Source of the DNA: Gracilinanus agilis
Lineage: Eukaryota
Direction: 5' to 3'
DNA length: 54,496 bases
NCBI RefSeq assembly: GCF_016433145.1
Contig: NC_058130.1
Span: 800,978,341-801,032,836, forward strand
The translations under genes and the position numbers were made by a program. Of this stretch, positions 7,258 through 54,496 are shown one piece after another. The first letter of the stretch is position 1, and each line of letters starts with the position of its first letter. The notes under the pieces were generated by a model. The model was not told the DNA's origin. It saw only the letters and a program-made list of their open reading frames with translations, and did not search any database.

Positions 7258-9333
7258 TGTGACACGCCAGAGAGGCAAAGGCTGCCCCCCCCCCCCCGGG
7301 AGAGCCCGTGGGAGCCTCTCGCACCCGCCTCTGCCCCGGGTACAAGGCCAAAGGAACCGCACTGACCAACGATAGTGGGAACGACACAGAGCTCACGAGA
7401 CGGCAAACACTGGTGGAGGGTCCCTGGGCGGGCGCGGCCGCCTTCCTCTGCCCCGTGCCCGCAGGGCCCCGTCACCCGCTGCTCACCTCCCCGAGACCTG
7501 CGGAGATTGAGGTCTCTGAGGAAGGGGGTGGGGCGGGCCCCAGGGACCCCGAGAGTCTCAGGAGTGAGGAGGGGGGGACGAGGCGGGACGCCAGGAAGGG
7601 CAAAGCAGATGCTGTGTGCCAGGGGGCAGGTTCAGCACGTCTGGAAATGCGCGAGCGGCCTCCTCCCTCGGCCTCTGCCCCCGGCCCGGAATCGCTGGGT
7701 GCTGCCTGGCAGGAGGCGGCTCTCCCACAAAAAGGTTCAAGTGAGACCCTTCCCTGGAACAGGCAGCTCCGGGAGCCCCACACACAGCCCGAGAGCTGAA
7801 GGCCCGGCTGGCCCCCTCGCTGGGAGCTCTGGCCTCTTTGCCCGGCTCCCAGAGGGCCGTTGGCACCCGAACTCCACACGCCCGCCCCAAGCTCTGCTCC
7901 AAAAGCTAAGCCCAGAAGGCTTTGCTGCCGGCCGAGAGGCTCAGGGACCGCCGGCGCCCCCTGACCCCTTGGCACTGAGGTTGGCACCAAACCTGCCAGC
8001 GGGGGCCCTGCCCCCGGGACCTCGAGAAGTCCCTCTCGTCTGCCCAGGAGCCACGGCGGCCAGACCCGGCCCCCAAGGGGAAGGGCACCGGGGGCAAGGC
8101 TGCTGCCCAGGCCAGGAAGCCTGCGGAGCCAGTCAAGAAGGCGGGGGCAGAGGGCAGCCGGGCCGGGGGCGCCGCCACAACAAGCGTCCACGGGGACTGG
8201 CGGGAGGGCACCGAGCGGGCGTCAGCAGCGAGCGCTCAATCAATCAAGGTCTGTTGGCTGGCTGACTGACGGACGGAGGGCGGACGGCTGCCCACAGAGG
8301 TAGACGAGAGACAAGAGTCGCACCGAGCTCACCACACCGAGGCGGGGTGGCTCCTCCACGGAGGGCTGGGCCAGAGGGAAGCCCCCATCCCAGCTGGGGA
8401 TCCAAGAAGGGACCCAGGAAGCGCCTGGGCCTGGGTCTGGGCCGCCCCTCCCCGACCCAAGTCCCGCCCGGGCAGGCCCGAGCTGGAGCCGGCCAGACGT
8501 CAGACGGGAGGGGGAGGCTGGCCGCAGCCTGGGCCTCCTGCGCTCGGGGCCACAAAGCAGCTGGGTAAACCGAGTGAGGGGCAGCGAGAGGCTCCCTTGG
8601 GGGAGGGCCGCGGGCGGAGGCCGCTCGCACCCCTGACTGTCCTGGGCTCCTCCCCCGCGCGCTCAGCCACCCGACCACCAGCCGTGGCAGGGGGCCCACG
8701 GAGGACGGGCAGGGGGAGCAGAGAGCCGACCCCTGAAAACGGGGCCGGAGGGAGCTCAGAGGCCCCCGTCCTGACGGGAACCGGCCGATCCAGGCTCTGC
8801 AGTCAGAGGGCCTCGTTTTACAGATGAGGGAGCTGAGGCCGGGGAGGCAGCCAGGCCGCTCGCCACACGGGGCCTGGCCGGGGACAGCACCATCAGCCCC
8901 GGCCCGAGGGCAGGGGGGACCGAGACGGTGACCGACATGGCGCCTCTGAAGGCCTCTCCATGGGAACTGGCACTGCCAGCCGCCCACGTCTCCCTGCCCA
9001 GGATCTGGCGAGGCCCCGGGGCCCGAGGATGGGGCACCCCCAGCCGCCACACCCCTCCTTCCCAGGGCCACATGCCCTGTGCCCACCGTGGCTTCATGCC
9101 CTCCCGACCCACACCCCCGAGGGCCACGGGACACGGATGGCGCCCGTGTGCAGGGCTCTGGCCACGGCCTCTCTGGGGGGCGTTTCTGGACAGACACAGG
9201 GAGGGGAACAAAGAAGAAAAACTCCTTGTGTTGGGAGAAGGCGGACCAACCCCTGAGCCACCCCCCTCCTCCATCGCCTCCTCCAGGCAGGCCTCCCGCT
9301 GGGGGAGGCAGCCCCAGACCACAGCTCGCCGCC

Positions 9334-52959
<43,626 letters not shown>

Positions 52960-54496
52960 CTGGAAGGGAGACACAGAGGCCCGTCAGGCAGTGGCCGGAG
53001 CCCCGCCCATCCTCCTCCCTGGGTTTGAGTCCCAAAAGCAGAGGCCGGATTCGAACCCAGAACCTCCTCCCTCTTCCCTTGCAGGCCCCAGATCCAAAGC
53101 AGGCAGGGGCGCTGGAGGACGCCCTGCTAAGGGGGAGACCCAGAGCTGGGATTTGAACCCGGGGCCCCTCCCACCAGCCCGGCGAGGGAAAGATGGCAGC
53201 AGAGTCAGCGTGCTGGTGAGGGCTGAGGAGGGGGCTTTGGCCCCCGCCTCCCACACCTCAGTTTCCTCATCTAAGAAATGGGACCTCGCAGGGTTCGATG
53301 AGCACAGACGGGACACGCGCCGTCCGGCTCGGAGGGCTACGAGCTCTCCTGGGCCCAAGGAGGGCAGTGCGGCCCGGTGGCCAGAGAAGGGAGGGACTCC
53401 CGGGACACGGCACCCCCCGGCTCCGGCCCGCCTGGGGCTGTCGTCTGTCCGCTGCTGCCGTCGGGCCCCTGCCTGGAGAGCGCCCTGGATGGGGAAGGGC
53501 CTCTCCCGCGGCCCCCGGAGTCCTCTCGGCCCAAGACGGGGAGCCCGGCCCCCCTCCTCTTCTCCCTCCTACCCGGTGAGCTCCAGCTCCCGGCCCAGAG
53601 GAGGAGCCCCCCCCCCCGCGGCCCCCAGAATGTGCCCCTCCCTGTGCCCAGGTACGCCCCCTGCTCCTGGGGAGACGTCCAGCCCCCGCCATCAGGGGAC
53701 CCCAGGATCCCAGGGAGGGCAGTGCAGAGGAGACCCTGCTATCTCAGGAGGGGGGCCCCCCGGGGAAGACCCTGTGAGCCCCCGAGAGCTCCCCGAGCCC
53801 CTCCCCGGCACACAAAGTGCCCTTGACTCCAGCCTCGGCTGGGGCCTCCTCCTCTGGGAGGCCTTTTCTCCTCGCCCCCCCACGCCTGGCCTGGGCCACG
53901 CACTGCCCGTCGCCCAGGGAGGGAAGGCCTGGGCACCGGTGCCCGAGCCGGGAGAGGAGCAGCCGAGCCCGGAATCAGCAGGGCTATTTTTAAAGTTGTG
54001 ACCAAACGAGGACAGAGACTTCCTGACAGCTGGCCCGGCACGACGGGGCGCTGCCCGCCTGTCCTTCGCCCATCCATCCCTGGCACCACCGAGGGAAGAG
54101 CCGCAGCGAGAGGGTCCGGGGATGCCCGGCCTCTGTCCCCTCGGGGGCCTCCGGGGGCCAGACCAGGGAGGCCCGCCCCTAGCGGGCTCGGGGGGGGCCG
54201 GGGTTCTGGGGGGGGCAGGAGGGCGCCAGAAGGATCCTGGCCAAGGTGGGGGGAGGGGGTCTGGGGCAGAGGGGGAGGGCAGGCCCCGGGAGGGAAAGTC
54301 TATGGGGGTGAGGGATGGGCTTTGGCCCAGGGCTCCCTCCCAAATCCTCGGCAGTCTCCAGCCTGAAAGGGTTCCCTGAGCCAGCCAGCTCTGGGGAGCT
54401 GCTGCTGAAACCCATGGCAACCCCGATGGGCAGACCGGAGGAGGAGGAGGAGGAGGATTCACCATTTCCCAGGGGAGCCCCAGCCTCGCTGCAGGA

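Noticed and set aside
54457-54465. Minus-strand ATG|GTGAAT as candidate PITPNM3 exon 1
   Set aside because: It gives phase 0 whereas exon 2 needs phase 1, and it does not resemble the recalled MAKAGRAG start. Exon 1 is probably beyond the window.

Overview
This is a very GC-rich (roughly 65-70% by eye) vertebrate locus, most likely from an opossum-like marsupial; the SINE and L1 copies resemble didelphid families as I recall them. It is a draft assembly with three N-runs. Three protein-coding genes can be rebuilt exon by exon, in the order I recall for human 17p13. (1) AIPL1 on the minus strand, coding exons 1-4 (3022 down to 788); later exons lie left of the window. (2) PIMREG/FAM64A on the plus strand, complete CDS 5745-6714, with an alternative terminal exon ending at 6943. 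(3) PITPNM3/NIR1 on the minus strand, exons 2-20 (52959 down to 9334) in one continuous frame of 2891 nt; exon 1 lies outside the window. Introns carry L1 remnants, a solo ERV LTR with a nested hAT MITE, SINEs, L2/MIR pieces and simple repeats. Nearly all other ORFs in the track are GC-content artefacts. I found no new gene system. The best second-look items are: GC-AG introns in AIPL1 and PIMREG; a 32-bp inverted repeat bracketing PIMREG's alternative 3' exons; an 85-bp-duplicated CCAAT/CDE-CHR promoter; a strong CTCF motif between a photoreceptor promoter and a cell-cycle promoter; a CRX+MEF2 intronic module; and nested TE structures. All human comparisons are from memory, not from a database search.
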